A stretch of 38,728 bases of DNA, from the IMG/VR virus record IMGVR_UViG_648231705_000004; one strand, given 5' to 3'. Each line of letters opens with the position of its first letter. The stretch's first letter is position 1. The DNA is from a virus (taxonomy: Duplodnaviria; Heunggongvirae; Uroviricota; Caudoviricetes). Position numbers and translations under genes: made by a program. Shown one piece after another: positions 25,594 through 33,865 of this stretch. A model generated the notes under the pieces. That model was not told where the DNA came from. It did not search any database and saw nothing but the letters and a program-made list of their open reading frames with translations.

Positions 25594-25675
25594 TGCCCTC
25601 GATACTGACGATCTGGAGATGTGGCTGGAGCAGGCTGAAGAGCAAATCAAAAGCGAGTACGGCGACAAATCATAG
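25418..25675 (+). CDS. +1-frame extension of tail assembly chaperone (probable frameshift product C-terminus)
   Basis: Frame-2 ORF overlapping end of 25258..25593; only its last ~30 codons (EIDALDTDDLEMWLEQAEEQIKSEYGDKS) look protein-like. Confidence 0.4.
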   Translation: MPAVLVFSRKISTIWIWLITCSYRNDFSSSRGWVRATRALTQAQGLLARWFRFQPGEIDALDTDDLEMWLEQAEEQIKSEYGDKS

Positions 25676-25750
25676 TACAGACAGCCGCCAGTAGCGGCTG
25701 TTCTGCGTTATCCCCTCACGTCTTTTCACCTTCCCCGGAGGTTAACCACT

Positions 25751-26158
25751 ATGTCGGGACAGTTTTCAGTCGGCGTTGTTATCGGCGGGATGATTGGCAG
25801 CACATTCCGTTCTGCAATGAGCGGTACCCGCCGTGCGCTTGATTCCCTGAGCGATACCTCACGCCGCCTGCAGGAACGTCAGAACGCTTTAACCCGTGCA
25901 ACAGAACGTTATGGTCAACTGGGTTCTTCCCGGATGCAGCATCTCAACAGCGAGCTGCTGCGGGTAAGCCGCACCATGGAGCAAATTGAGCGCCAGCAGC
26001 GCCGTCTGTCAGCGGCATCCGCTACCAGTGATGCGCTGAGAAAGCTAACCGCATGGCGCTGTATGGTCAGGGGATTGAAGCGTATGGCATGGCACAGACT
26101 GTTTATCATACGGTTTCCCCTGCCGTTCAGCAGTCCATGTCTTTTCAGGACAAAATGA
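25751..26158 (+). CDS. tail tape measure protein, N-terminal segment (frame differs from the main ORF)
   Basis: Strong RBS GGAGG before ATG 25751; typical TMP N-terminus; frame switches to that of 26053..28965 between ~26032 and 26060. Confidence 0.5.
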   Translation: MSGQFSVGVVIGGMIGSTFRSAMSGTRRALDSLSDTSRRLQERQNALTRATERYGQLGSSRMQHLNSELLRVSRTMEQIERQQRRLSAASATSDALRKLTAWRCMVRGLKRMAWHRLFIIRFPLPFSSPCLFRTK

Positions 26159-28965
26159 TTGATATGTCGATCACCGCAAAATATGACAATAAAACGCGGG
26201 ATGCACTTGCCGGACAGATAAAAGGCTGGGCGCTTAAATACAATCAGTATCAGGATGAGCTGCAGGAGGCGGTGGGTTCACTCATCAGCGACAATATTGA
26301 TAATGTGTCAGATATCGGTTTTCTGATGCCGGATATTGCCCGCGCGGCAACGGCAACACGCACGTCTGCTCAGGACTGGGCAAAAGTGGCCGCAGTCTGG
26401 CAAAACTCCCTGAAAGGTGCGGCCAGAGATTTTGGTGCCGTTCAGAATATTATGGCTTATGCCGGTGACCAGGGGTCATTTGAAATCCCGGATCAGGTCA
26501 AGTGGATGCAGTCCCTGGCCCCAATGATGGCGGGTCTTGCCAGTGGAAAAGAGGCTGTTGCTGAAATCGGGGCCAGTCTCCAGATAGCAAAAATCGGTGC
26601 AGGTTCCACCGACGAAGCAGCCAATAATTTTAAAAACTTTCTTACCAAAATTTTTGCCCGCGATACTCAGAAACAGTTTGCTGATCTGGGTATTGATTTG
26701 CAGGGATCTATTGCGAGTTATAAAGCTGCGGGGATCTCTCCGATTGAAGGGATGTTGAGTGTTATAGAACGTTACCTCAATGCCAAAAGCCCCGAAGCGC
26801 TGGCCGGCTTCAAATCAGCCATGAAAATAAAGAATGATACGGCAAGAGATGAGGCACTTCAGGCTCTGGCGAAAAACTTTGGTCTGGGCGATATGTTCGC
26901 GGATATGCAGGTCATGGCATTTATCCGCCCGATGCTGGCCAACATGGACAGATATCGAGAGATCCGTGCCGGTGCTCTCAGGGCTGCGGATAACGATTTG
27001 CTTGCCAGTGCTTATGATCAGCGGCTGAAATCTCCCCTTGAAGCCACTAAAACACTTATGGTCAGCAGTCGCGATCTGGCAATTACGCTGGGCGATCAAT
27101 TAGCTCCATCTTTTATTTCTCTGACTCAGGAACTGCTCCCACTCATTCAGGGGACAAAACACTGGGTAGCGACTCACCCGCAATTTGTCAGTGGGGCTTT
27201 TAAGCTCATCAGTGCGCTCCTTGCGATTAAGATAGCGACTATTGGTCTCAAACTGGGGCTGAATCTCCTTATTTCCCCCTTTGTGAACGTCTGGAAAACT
27301 ACTGTTTTACTCCGGACCAACTGGCATCGACTGACTACCGCACTCGGAGAAGGTGGCAAATTACGCTGGCTTGTCACTGGATTCAGCCGACTGACCAGCG
27401 GAGGACTGAAACTCAGCAAAGTTCTGGCGGGCAGCCTCGTTCGCGGTTTTATGAGCGCTGCACGTGCCGTTCTCTGGATTGGGCGAGCGCTGATGATGAA
27501 TCCCATCGGTCTCGTTATCACCGCTGTCGCGACAGCAGCTTACCTTATCTACCGCAACTGGGGGGCTGTCAGTGGTTGGTTTAAACAGCGCTGGGCTGAC
27601 ATTCAGGAAGCCTTTAACGGCGGCATTGTGGGAATTGGTAAGTTGCTGATTAACTGGTCGCCGGCAGGCCTGCTCTATAAAGCCTTTGCGGCTGCGCTGA
27701 AATATTTCGGCGTTGCTCTGCCGGCAAAGTTCACCGACTTCGGTGGCCATCTTATCGACGGTCTGATTAACGGTATCAAAAGCAAATGGGGGTCGCTCAA
27801 ATCCAGTGTAACCGGAATGGGTGACAGCATCAGTAGCTGGTTTAAACAGCGCTGGGCTGACATTCAGGAAGCCTTTAACGGCGGCATTGTGGGAATTGGT
27901 AAGTTGCTGATTAACTGGTCGCCGGCAGGCCTGCTCTATAAAGCCTTTGCGGCTGCGCTGAAATATTTCGGCGTTGCTCTGCCGGCAAAGTTCACCGACT
28001 TCGGTGGCCATCTTATCGACGGTCTGATTAACGGTATCAAAAACAAATGGGGGTCGCTCAAATCCAGTGTAACCGGAATGGGTGACAGCATCAGTAGCTG
28101 GTTTAAACAGTGCTGGGCTGACATTCAGGAAGCCTTTAACGGCGGTATCGCGGGAACTGGTAAGCTGCTGATTAACTGGTCGCCGGCAGGTCTGCTCTAT
28201 AAAGCCTTTGCAGCTGCGCTGAAATATCTTGGTGTTGATCTGCCGGCAAAGTTCACCGACTTCGGTGGCCATCTTGTCGACGGTCTGATTAACGGTATCA
28301 AAAACAAATGGGAGTCGCTCAAATCCAGTGTAACCGGAATGGGCGACAGCATCAGTGGCTGGTTCAGCGAAAAGCTGGGCATTCATTCGCCGAGCCGCGT
28401 GTTTATGGGCTTTGGTGACAATATCGCGCAGGGGGCCGCCATTGGCCTGCAGCGGACCACTCCGCTTGCAGCTCTGGCCGGGCAGCGAATGGCCAGTGAA
28501 CTGCTCCCCAGAATGCCCGTGAGCATTCAGGGGCCAGAAATACGGGATAACACTTCAGGTGTTCGCTTCAGTATGCCGTTGCCCGATATCAATGGGTTTA
28601 TGTCGTCTGCTAAAAATGCGATCGGAGCCGTAATCAATAGTTTGTCTTCCATGCCCGCTATCCCGCTCTCCACCCGGGCATCGATTTTACCAGGGCAACG
28701 TCTGGCAAATGAGATGACACCGGATGTTCCCCGTATCCCCTCGCCTGAAATCATGGCTGCCGGATATTCAGGCCGTGGTGCAGCTGCAACCGGCGGTGGA
28801 ACGTCTGGTGGTATCCAGGTCAGCTTTAATCCTCAGTTTTTCCTCAATGGCAGGGAAACCACAGCGCCTGCAGGACTGACTGGTGCCCTGAATATGAGTC
28901 TGCATGAGCTGGAAAAAATGCTGGAGCGTCTGCTGGCTCAGAAACAACGTAAGGAGTACCGCTGA
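26053..28965 (+). CDS. tail tape measure protein (main body, 970 aa)
   Basis: Long helix-rich ORF between chaperone and baseplate genes; contains three tandem 87-aa repeats. Confidence 0.85.
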   Translation: MALYGQGIEAYGMAQTVYHTVSPAVQQSMSFQDKMIDMSITAKYDNKTRDALAGQIKGWALKYNQYQDELQEAVGSLISDNIDNVSDIGFLMPDIARAATATRTSAQDWAKVAAVWQNSLKGAARDFGAVQNIMAYAGDQGSFEIPDQVKWMQSLAPMMAGLASGKEAVAEIGASLQIAKIGAGSTDEAANNFKNFLTKIFARDTQKQFADLGIDLQGSIASYKAAGISPIEGMLSVIERYLNAKSPEALAGFKSAMKIKNDTARDEALQALAKNFGLGDMFADMQVMAFIRPMLANMDRYREIRAGALRAADNDLLASAYDQRLKSPLEATKTLMVSSRDLAITLGDQLAPSFISLTQELLPLIQGTKHWVATHPQFVSGAFKLISALLAIKIATIGLKLGLNLLISPFVNVWKTTVLLRTNWHRLTTALGEGGKLRWLVTGFSRLTSGGLKLSKVLAGSLVRGFMSAARAVLWIGRALMMNPIGLVITAVATAAYLIYRNWGAVSGWFKQRWADIQEAFNGGIVGIGKLLINWSPAGLLYKAFAAALKYFGVALPAKFTDFGGHLIDGLINGIKSKWGSLKSSVTGMGDSISSWFKQRWADIQEAFNGGIVGIGKLLINWSPAGLLYKAFAAALKYFGVALPAKFTDFGGHLIDGLINGIKNKWGSLKSSVTGMGDSISSWFKQCWADIQEAFNGGIAGTGKLLINWSPAGLLYKAFAAALKYLGVDLPAKFTDFGGHLVDGLINGIKNKWESLKSSVTGMGDSISGWFSEKLGIHSPSRVFMGFGDNIAQGAAIGLQRTTPLAALAGQRMASELLPRMPVSIQGPEIRDNTSGVRFSMPLPDINGFMSSAKNAIGAVINSLSSMPAIPLSTRASILPGQRLANEMTPDVPRIPSPEIMAAGYSGRGAAATGGGTSGGIQVSFNPQFFLNGRETTAPAGLTGALNMSLHELEKMLERLLAQKQRKEYR
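27577..28359. repeat. 3 x 261-bp near-identical in-frame tandem repeats inside tape measure gene
   Basis: Unit begins TGGTTTAAACAGCGCTGGGCTGACATTCAGGAAGCC at 27577, 27838 and 28099; encodes SWFKQRWADIQEAFNGGIVGIGKLLINWSPAGLLYKAFAAALKYFGVALPAKFTDFGGHLIDGLINGIK... Confidence 0.9.
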
Positions 28966-29849
28966 TGTTTGCCGTACTGGGTGATATTGAGTTTGAGCTG
29001 ATTACCTACTGGGACGGCTTCGAGGCCACGTTCGGCGTCGATTATGCGGAGCATGCCCGCATCGGGGGTAAGCCTGGCCTGCAGTTCGTCGGCGACAGGC
29101 TGGACGAAATCCAGATAACTCTGGTTTTCCATCAGCATTATTGTGTACCCGATGTGGAGCTGGCGAGACTGCGAACAGCCATGAAAGCCCATCAGGCACT
29201 GGCGCTGGTCTTCGGCAACGGTGACTATCGCGGCTGGTTCGTGATTACCGATGTGACTGCAACCAGCGAGCAGACTGACAATACCGGCAACGTGCTGGCT
29301 GTCAGTGCCACCGTGTCTCTCCGGGAATACACCGGTGACCCGAAAAATCCTCTGCAACCACCGGCAATACGCACGAAGCTCCCGGGTGTCGGGGCGGTCT
29401 CCGGTGCCATTCCTTCGCCTTCAGGGGTGGCGCAGTTCATCCGCAACGGCGTCAACTATGCGAAACAGGCGCAGTCTGTACTCCAGACCACTATCAGCGC
29501 CGTTCGGGTGACACAGAAAATGAAGGATAACCCCGTTGTCGCACTGACCCGTGTGCCGGGGCTGATGAGCGGACTGGGTAATATCTCCGGGGCTCTGGGG
29601 AAAAGTGTTCCGGCGTTTAACGCACTCTCTGAATCCATGCCCGATGCCATCAGTCTGGCCAGAACAGCCAGCGAAGCAGCCACGTATGTACAGCAGGCAC
29701 AGTCTGCGCTGAGTGGTGTGGACAAAAGAAATATTGCAGGTGCTCTGGATACCGTTTCCGGGCAGCTTAACGCCGCCGGCACAGCATTCAACCGCATGTC
29801 TCCGGGATTAAGTGCAATGGCCGCCAGAATACTGACGAGGAGTGTGTGA
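28965..29849 (+). CDS. tail protein following tape measure (Mu N position; N-terminus resembles P2 gpU-type tail proteins)
   Basis: 294 aa; ATG overlaps TMP stop; position between TMP and gpX/gpD-like genes. Confidence 0.7.
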   Translation: MFAVLGDIEFELITYWDGFEATFGVDYAEHARIGGKPGLQFVGDRLDEIQITLVFHQHYCVPDVELARLRTAMKAHQALALVFGNGDYRGWFVITDVTATSEQTDNTGNVLAVSATVSLREYTGDPKNPLQPPAIRTKLPGVGAVSGAIPSPSGVAQFIRNGVNYAKQAQSVLQTTISAVRVTQKMKDNPVVALTRVPGLMSGLGNISGALGKSVPAFNALSESMPDAISLARTASEAATYVQQAQSALSGVDKRNIAGALDTVSGQLNAAGTAFNRMSPGLSAMAARILTRSV

Positions 29850-30061
29850 TGTTTCTTGAACATATTACCCGTGACGGAGAGCGCTGGGATTCGCTGGCAT
29901 GGCAGTACTACGGTGACCCGCTGGGCTATCCCCGGATTATTGCAGCCAATCCGCACGTGGCCATCACGCCGGTGCTGCCCTCCGGGTTGTTGTTACTGAT
30001 CCCGGTGATTGAGGCTGAAGATGCCCGTACAGAAGAGGATATTGCCCCATGGCTGAGATAA
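29849..30061 (+). CDS. tail protein X (P2 gpX-like)
   Basis: ORF 29846..30061; ~70 aa with GD..WD...YYGDP...ANP...LP.G pattern; GAGGAG RBS. Confidence 0.7.
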   Translation: MFLEHITRDGERWDSLAWQYYGDPLGYPRIIAANPHVAITPVLPSGLLLLIPVIEAEDARTEEDIAPWLR

Positions 30062-31203
30062 ACAGTACTGCGCAAGCCACATCAGCGTTAACCGGCGTCA
30101 GCGATGTGCTGACGCCGGTATTCACTCTGTGGTATCTGCAGAAAAACATCACCTCTGATATCGCGCCTTATGTCACCCGTGTGACCTGGAGCGATAACAT
30201 CAAAAATGAGTCCGATACCATTGAGGTGGAGCTGGACGACACCGATGGCCGCTGGCTGGATAAGTGGTATCCGGGCAAGGGTGACACGCTGACGCTGAAA
30301 ATGGGTTATCAGGGCGAGAAACTGCTGTCCTGCGGTACATTCTCAATAGACGAGATCGAAGTGAGTTCGCCCGCGTCCGTTGTCGCTATCCGTGGGGTGG
30401 CCACCTCGGTTAACAGTGCTCTGCGGACTAAATCCAGCCGTGGTTTTGAGAACACCACGCTGGCAGCTGTTGCGGGGCGGATTGCCAGAAAGCACCGGCT
30501 GAAACTGGTGGGCAGCATTGAGTCCATCAGAATCGACCGGGTGACCCAGTATGCTGAAACCGACGTGGGTTTTCTGCGCCGGCTGGCCAGCGAGTATGGT
30601 TATGCAGTGAAAGTGGTCAGTGACCAGCTGATTTTTTCTCATCTGGCCACACTGCGCAGTCAGGAGCCGGTCAGGCAGTTAAAACCGCAGGATGTGGCCC
30701 GCTTTTCCCTGCGTGACACCATCAACCGGGTCTATAAATCTGCAAAGGTAAAACACCAGAAAAGCAGCAGTAAAAAACTGATCGTCTACGAAGCTGATGG
30801 TGGTACCCGTGAAAGCGACAAAAAGCTCAAAGGTGGTAAGGTTACCAGCGCTGACTCACTTAAAGTTAACAGCCGCGTCAGCGACCCGGACAGTGCCCGG
30901 ATTAAAGCGGATTCAGCACTGGCCAGACATAACGAATACCAGCAGAACGGCTCCCTGACGCTGACGGGAACACCTCAACTGACAGCAGGCAACAAAATTG
31001 AACTGGTGGGTTTTGGGCAGTTATCCGGGCCATGGCTCATAACCACTGCCCGCCATGCGTTTGACCGTAACAGCGGCTACACCACAGAGCTGGAAGTGGC
31101 ACGGGGGCCAGTCACAAGAGGGAAAAAACAAAAAACTCAGAAACTCACGGTTTATCACCCGGATGGCAGTACATCGACGGTGATTAAGGAGAAGAAAAAA
31201 TGA
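30049..31203 (+). CDS. tail/baseplate protein, P2 gpD / Mu P-like
   Basis: 384 aa; motif IEVELDDTDG and ...FLRRLASEYGY... as in gpD-family proteins. Confidence 0.85.
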   Translation: MAEINSTAQATSALTGVSDVLTPVFTLWYLQKNITSDIAPYVTRVTWSDNIKNESDTIEVELDDTDGRWLDKWYPGKGDTLTLKMGYQGEKLLSCGTFSIDEIEVSSPASVVAIRGVATSVNSALRTKSSRGFENTTLAAVAGRIARKHRLKLVGSIESIRIDRVTQYAETDVGFLRRLASEYGYAVKVVSDQLIFSHLATLRSQEPVRQLKPQDVARFSLRDTINRVYKSAKVKHQKSSSKKLIVYEADGGTRESDKKLKGGKVTSADSLKVNSRVSDPDSARIKADSALARHNEYQQNGSLTLTGTPQLTAGNKIELVGFGQLSGPWLITTARHAFDRNSGYTTELEVARGPVTRGKKQKTQKLTVYHPDGSTSTVIKEKKK

Positions 31204-31796
31204 CTGGTGTCACTCGTCAGGTCGGTACGGTCAGTGCCGTTGATGCCGACAGGGTTCAGGCCCGCGTTCGTCTGCCTGAATGCGATAACCTGCGCACAAA
31301 CTGGCTTAACGTGCTGCAGCGCAATACCCAGGATAACAAAGATTACTGGCTCCCTGACGTGGGGGAGCAGGTTGAGGTGCTGCTCGATGCCAACGGCGAG
31401 GATGGTGTTATTCTGGGCGCGGTGTATTCAGACGTCGATAAACCACCGTTCAGTGACAAAAATATCCGGGGAACCCGGTTTGCTGATGGTGCAGAGTACA
31501 GCTACAACCGGAAGACGCACACTCTGATCATCCGGGGCGGCATTGAGCATATTGTCATTGAGTGTGGTGCTGATGTGGTATTGAAAACACAGAAAGCCAC
31601 GATTGACGCACCGGAAACCGAACTTACCGGAGATCTGCGTGTCAGGGGTAAACTGATTTACGAAGGAGGCATGGCGGGTTCTGGTGGTGAAGGTGTTACC
31701 GCGACCATCCATGGCAATATCGAGATTAAAGGGAATGCCCATGCCACGGGCAGTATGTTGTCTGATGGCGAAAACTCCAGCCACCACTCCCACTGA
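31200..31796 (+). CDS. baseplate spike/assembly protein (P2 gpV / Mu Q-like)
   Basis: 198 aa; N-terminal VGTVSAVDADRVQARVRL; ATGA overlap with upstream gene. Confidence 0.8.
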   Translation: MTGVTRQVGTVSAVDADRVQARVRLPECDNLRTNWLNVLQRNTQDNKDYWLPDVGEQVEVLLDANGEDGVILGAVYSDVDKPPFSDKNIRGTRFADGAEYSYNRKTHTLIIRGGIEHIVIECGADVVLKTQKATIDAPETELTGDLRVRGKLIYEGGMAGSGGEGVTATIHGNIEIKGNAHATGSMLSDGENSSHHSH

Positions 31797-31850
31797 GCTT
31801 TTTAAACGCCTTTAATATCAGCGTTCCCGCACGGGGGCAATACTGCCCCC

Positions 31851-32198
31851 ATGAAAACAACCTCAGTATTCTGGCAACCAGCCCTGCAGGCTCCCGGCGA
31901 AATTGTCCGGGGGCTGGATGATATCCGGCAGGCGATTCAAATTATCCTGCGGACTCCCCGCGGCAGCGACCCGCATCGCCCGGAGTTCGGCAGCAATCTG
32001 CATCTTTATATCGACTGGCCTGTAGACCGGGCCATTCCGCATGTGGTGCGCGAATCCGTCGATGCCATCCGGCGCTGGGAGCCCCGCTGCCAGCTTATGT
32101 CAGTTAAACCCGCCGTCGACGGCGAACATCTTACGCTCCGGGTGAGCTGGAAAGGCTCAGACGGACAGACCCGGACTCAGGAGCTGCTATGGCGCTGA
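31851..32198 (+). CDS. baseplate wedge protein (gpW/gp25-like)
   Basis: 115 aa; segment IRQAIQIILRTPRGSDPHRPEFGSNL typical of GPW/gp25 family. Confidence 0.8.
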   Translation: MKTTSVFWQPALQAPGEIVRGLDDIRQAIQIILRTPRGSDPHRPEFGSNLHLYIDWPVDRAIPHVVRESVDAIRRWEPRCQLMSVKPAVDGEHLTLRVSWKGSDGQTRTQELLWR

Positions 32199-33292
32199 CA
32201 GAACCCGATTTTATTGAACGCGATGCCGACAAAATCACGGCAGAAATGATTGCGAAGTATGAAGCGGATACCGGCAAAACGCTGTACCCGGCACAGGCAG
32301 AACGTCTGCTGATTGATCTGTGGGCCTATCGCGAAATGCTGGTCAGGGTTGCGGTACAGGAGGCAGCAAAGCAGAATCTGGTCGCCTTTGCCCGTGAGCC
32401 GATGATTGATTACCTCGGTGAACTGGTTGGTGTATACCGTCTTGCCGCGCAGCCTGCCACCACCACGCTCCAGTTCTCCGTAGATGAGGCACTGGCCATT
32501 GATGTGCTGATCCCGGCAGGCACCCGCGTCAGCGCTTCCGACAGCGTTATTTTTGCCACCGATACAGATGTGGTACTGAAGGCCGGATTGCTGCTGGTCA
32601 ATGTCACGTCCACCTGTACCGAACCCGGTACCGCTGGTAACGGCTGGCAACCTGCGCAGGTCAGTCAGTTACTCGATGAGATTGATAACGTCGACCTGCT
32701 GGTGAGCAATCTGACGGCCAGTTCCGGCGGTTCAGAACAGGAAGACGATGACAGGCTCCGGGAGCGTATCAGGCTGGCCCCGGAGTCATTCACCAATGCC
32801 GGAAGCCGTGGCGCATACCGCTTTCATGCCATGCAGGCCCATCCCAACATTGTCGATGTTGCTGTGCTTTCCCCGGTTCCCGGGACCGTAGATCTGTATC
32901 CGCTGCTCAGTACCGGTCTGCCGGACGGCGGTGTTCTCACGCTGGTAGAGAGTTTCTGCTCTGATGAGAAAGTCAGGCCACTCACTGATACAGTGCGGGC
33001 TAAAACACCAGTGAAGGTGGATTACACCATTGAAGCCAGGATTACGATCTATCGTGATCAGGATGCCAGGTCTGTAAAAGATGCCGCTAACAGCGCCATA
33101 CAGAACTGGGTGGCATCACGTGCCGCCACGCTGGGGCGCGATATTGTCCCCAGCCAGATTATCAGTGCATTGTCCGTTTCCGGGGTGTACCAGGTTGAAC
33201 TGGTGACACCGGCACTGCGGGTGGTGGCAGAAAACGAATGGGCAAACTGTACGGCAATCACTCTTAACATGACTGGAGTGTCTGATGACTGA
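32189..33292 (+). CDS. baseplate J-like protein (Mu W / P2 gpJ-like)
   Basis: 367 aa; position after gpW-like gene; overlapping start/stop. Confidence 0.85.
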   Translation: MALTEPDFIERDADKITAEMIAKYEADTGKTLYPAQAERLLIDLWAYREMLVRVAVQEAAKQNLVAFAREPMIDYLGELVGVYRLAAQPATTTLQFSVDEALAIDVLIPAGTRVSASDSVIFATDTDVVLKAGLLLVNVTSTCTEPGTAGNGWQPAQVSQLLDEIDNVDLLVSNLTASSGGSEQEDDDRLRERIRLAPESFTNAGSRGAYRFHAMQAHPNIVDVAVLSPVPGTVDLYPLLSTGLPDGGVLTLVESFCSDEKVRPLTDTVRAKTPVKVDYTIEARITIYRDQDARSVKDAANSAIQNWVASRAATLGRDIVPSQIISALSVSGVYQVELVTPALRVVAENEWANCTAITLNMTGVSDD

Positions 33293-33863
33293 GCCATTAC
33301 AACTCCCGCCACCGCTTGAGGGTGATATCAGTCTCAGGACGCTGGGAAGACTGGCAGGACGGCTGGATAACATCGACCTGAGCGTACTGATGGTCTTTCT
33401 CGTCGATATCGTCGACAGTTCCGCGCTGCCATGGCTGGGCGAGCAGTTCTCACTGTCTGGCGATGGCTGGGAGCTGGCGGAATCGGACGATGTTCGCCGC
33501 ATGCTTATAAAAGCAGCCATCGAACTGCACCGGTATAAAGGGACGCCGTGGTCAATCCGGGAAGTTATCCGCCGTTTTGGCTTTGGTGAAGTGGATCTGA
33601 TTGAAGGCACAGGTCGTCTCAGTTACGACGGCAATCGCAGCTATAACGGACTGTTTGTTCATGGAGATGCAGCCGCCTGGGCAGTTTATCGCGTTATTCT
33701 GAAACAGCCCATTACTAACGATCAGGCCGCGATGCTGCGTCAGACGCTGGCTGCATTTGCACCGGCCCGCTGCCATCTGGCCAGCCTGGAGTATCAGTCT
33801 GTGGCCATTCGCTATAACAATACAGCCATCCATGATGGCAGTTATAACCACGGGAGCAGTTGA
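33285..33863 (+). CDS. baseplate/tail protein I-like (Mu R / P2 gpI-like)
   Basis: 192 aa; directly upstream of tail-fibre gene. Confidence 0.8.
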   Translation: MTEPLQLPPPLEGDISLRTLGRLAGRLDNIDLSVLMVFLVDIVDSSALPWLGEQFSLSGDGWELAESDDVRRMLIKAAIELHRYKGTPWSIREVIRRFGFGEVDLIEGTGRLSYDGNRSYNGLFVHGDAAAWAVYRVILKQPITNDQAAMLRQTLAAFAPARCHLASLEYQSVAIRYNNTAIHDGSYNHGSS

Positions 33864-33865
33864 TT

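Noticed and set aside
27577-28359. Possible CRISPR array suggested by regular direct repeats
   Set aside because: Repeat unit is 261 bp with no unique spacers, is in frame within a long protein-coding ORF and translates to a repeated peptide; the same applies to the 168-bp tail-fibre repeats.
27361-28386. 341-aa minus-strand ORF plus three nearly identical 61-62-aa minus-strand ORFs (27675..27863, 27936..28124, 28197..28382)
   Set aside because: Antisense artefacts of the 261-bp tandem repeat inside the tape measure gene; their repetition mirrors the repeat unit.
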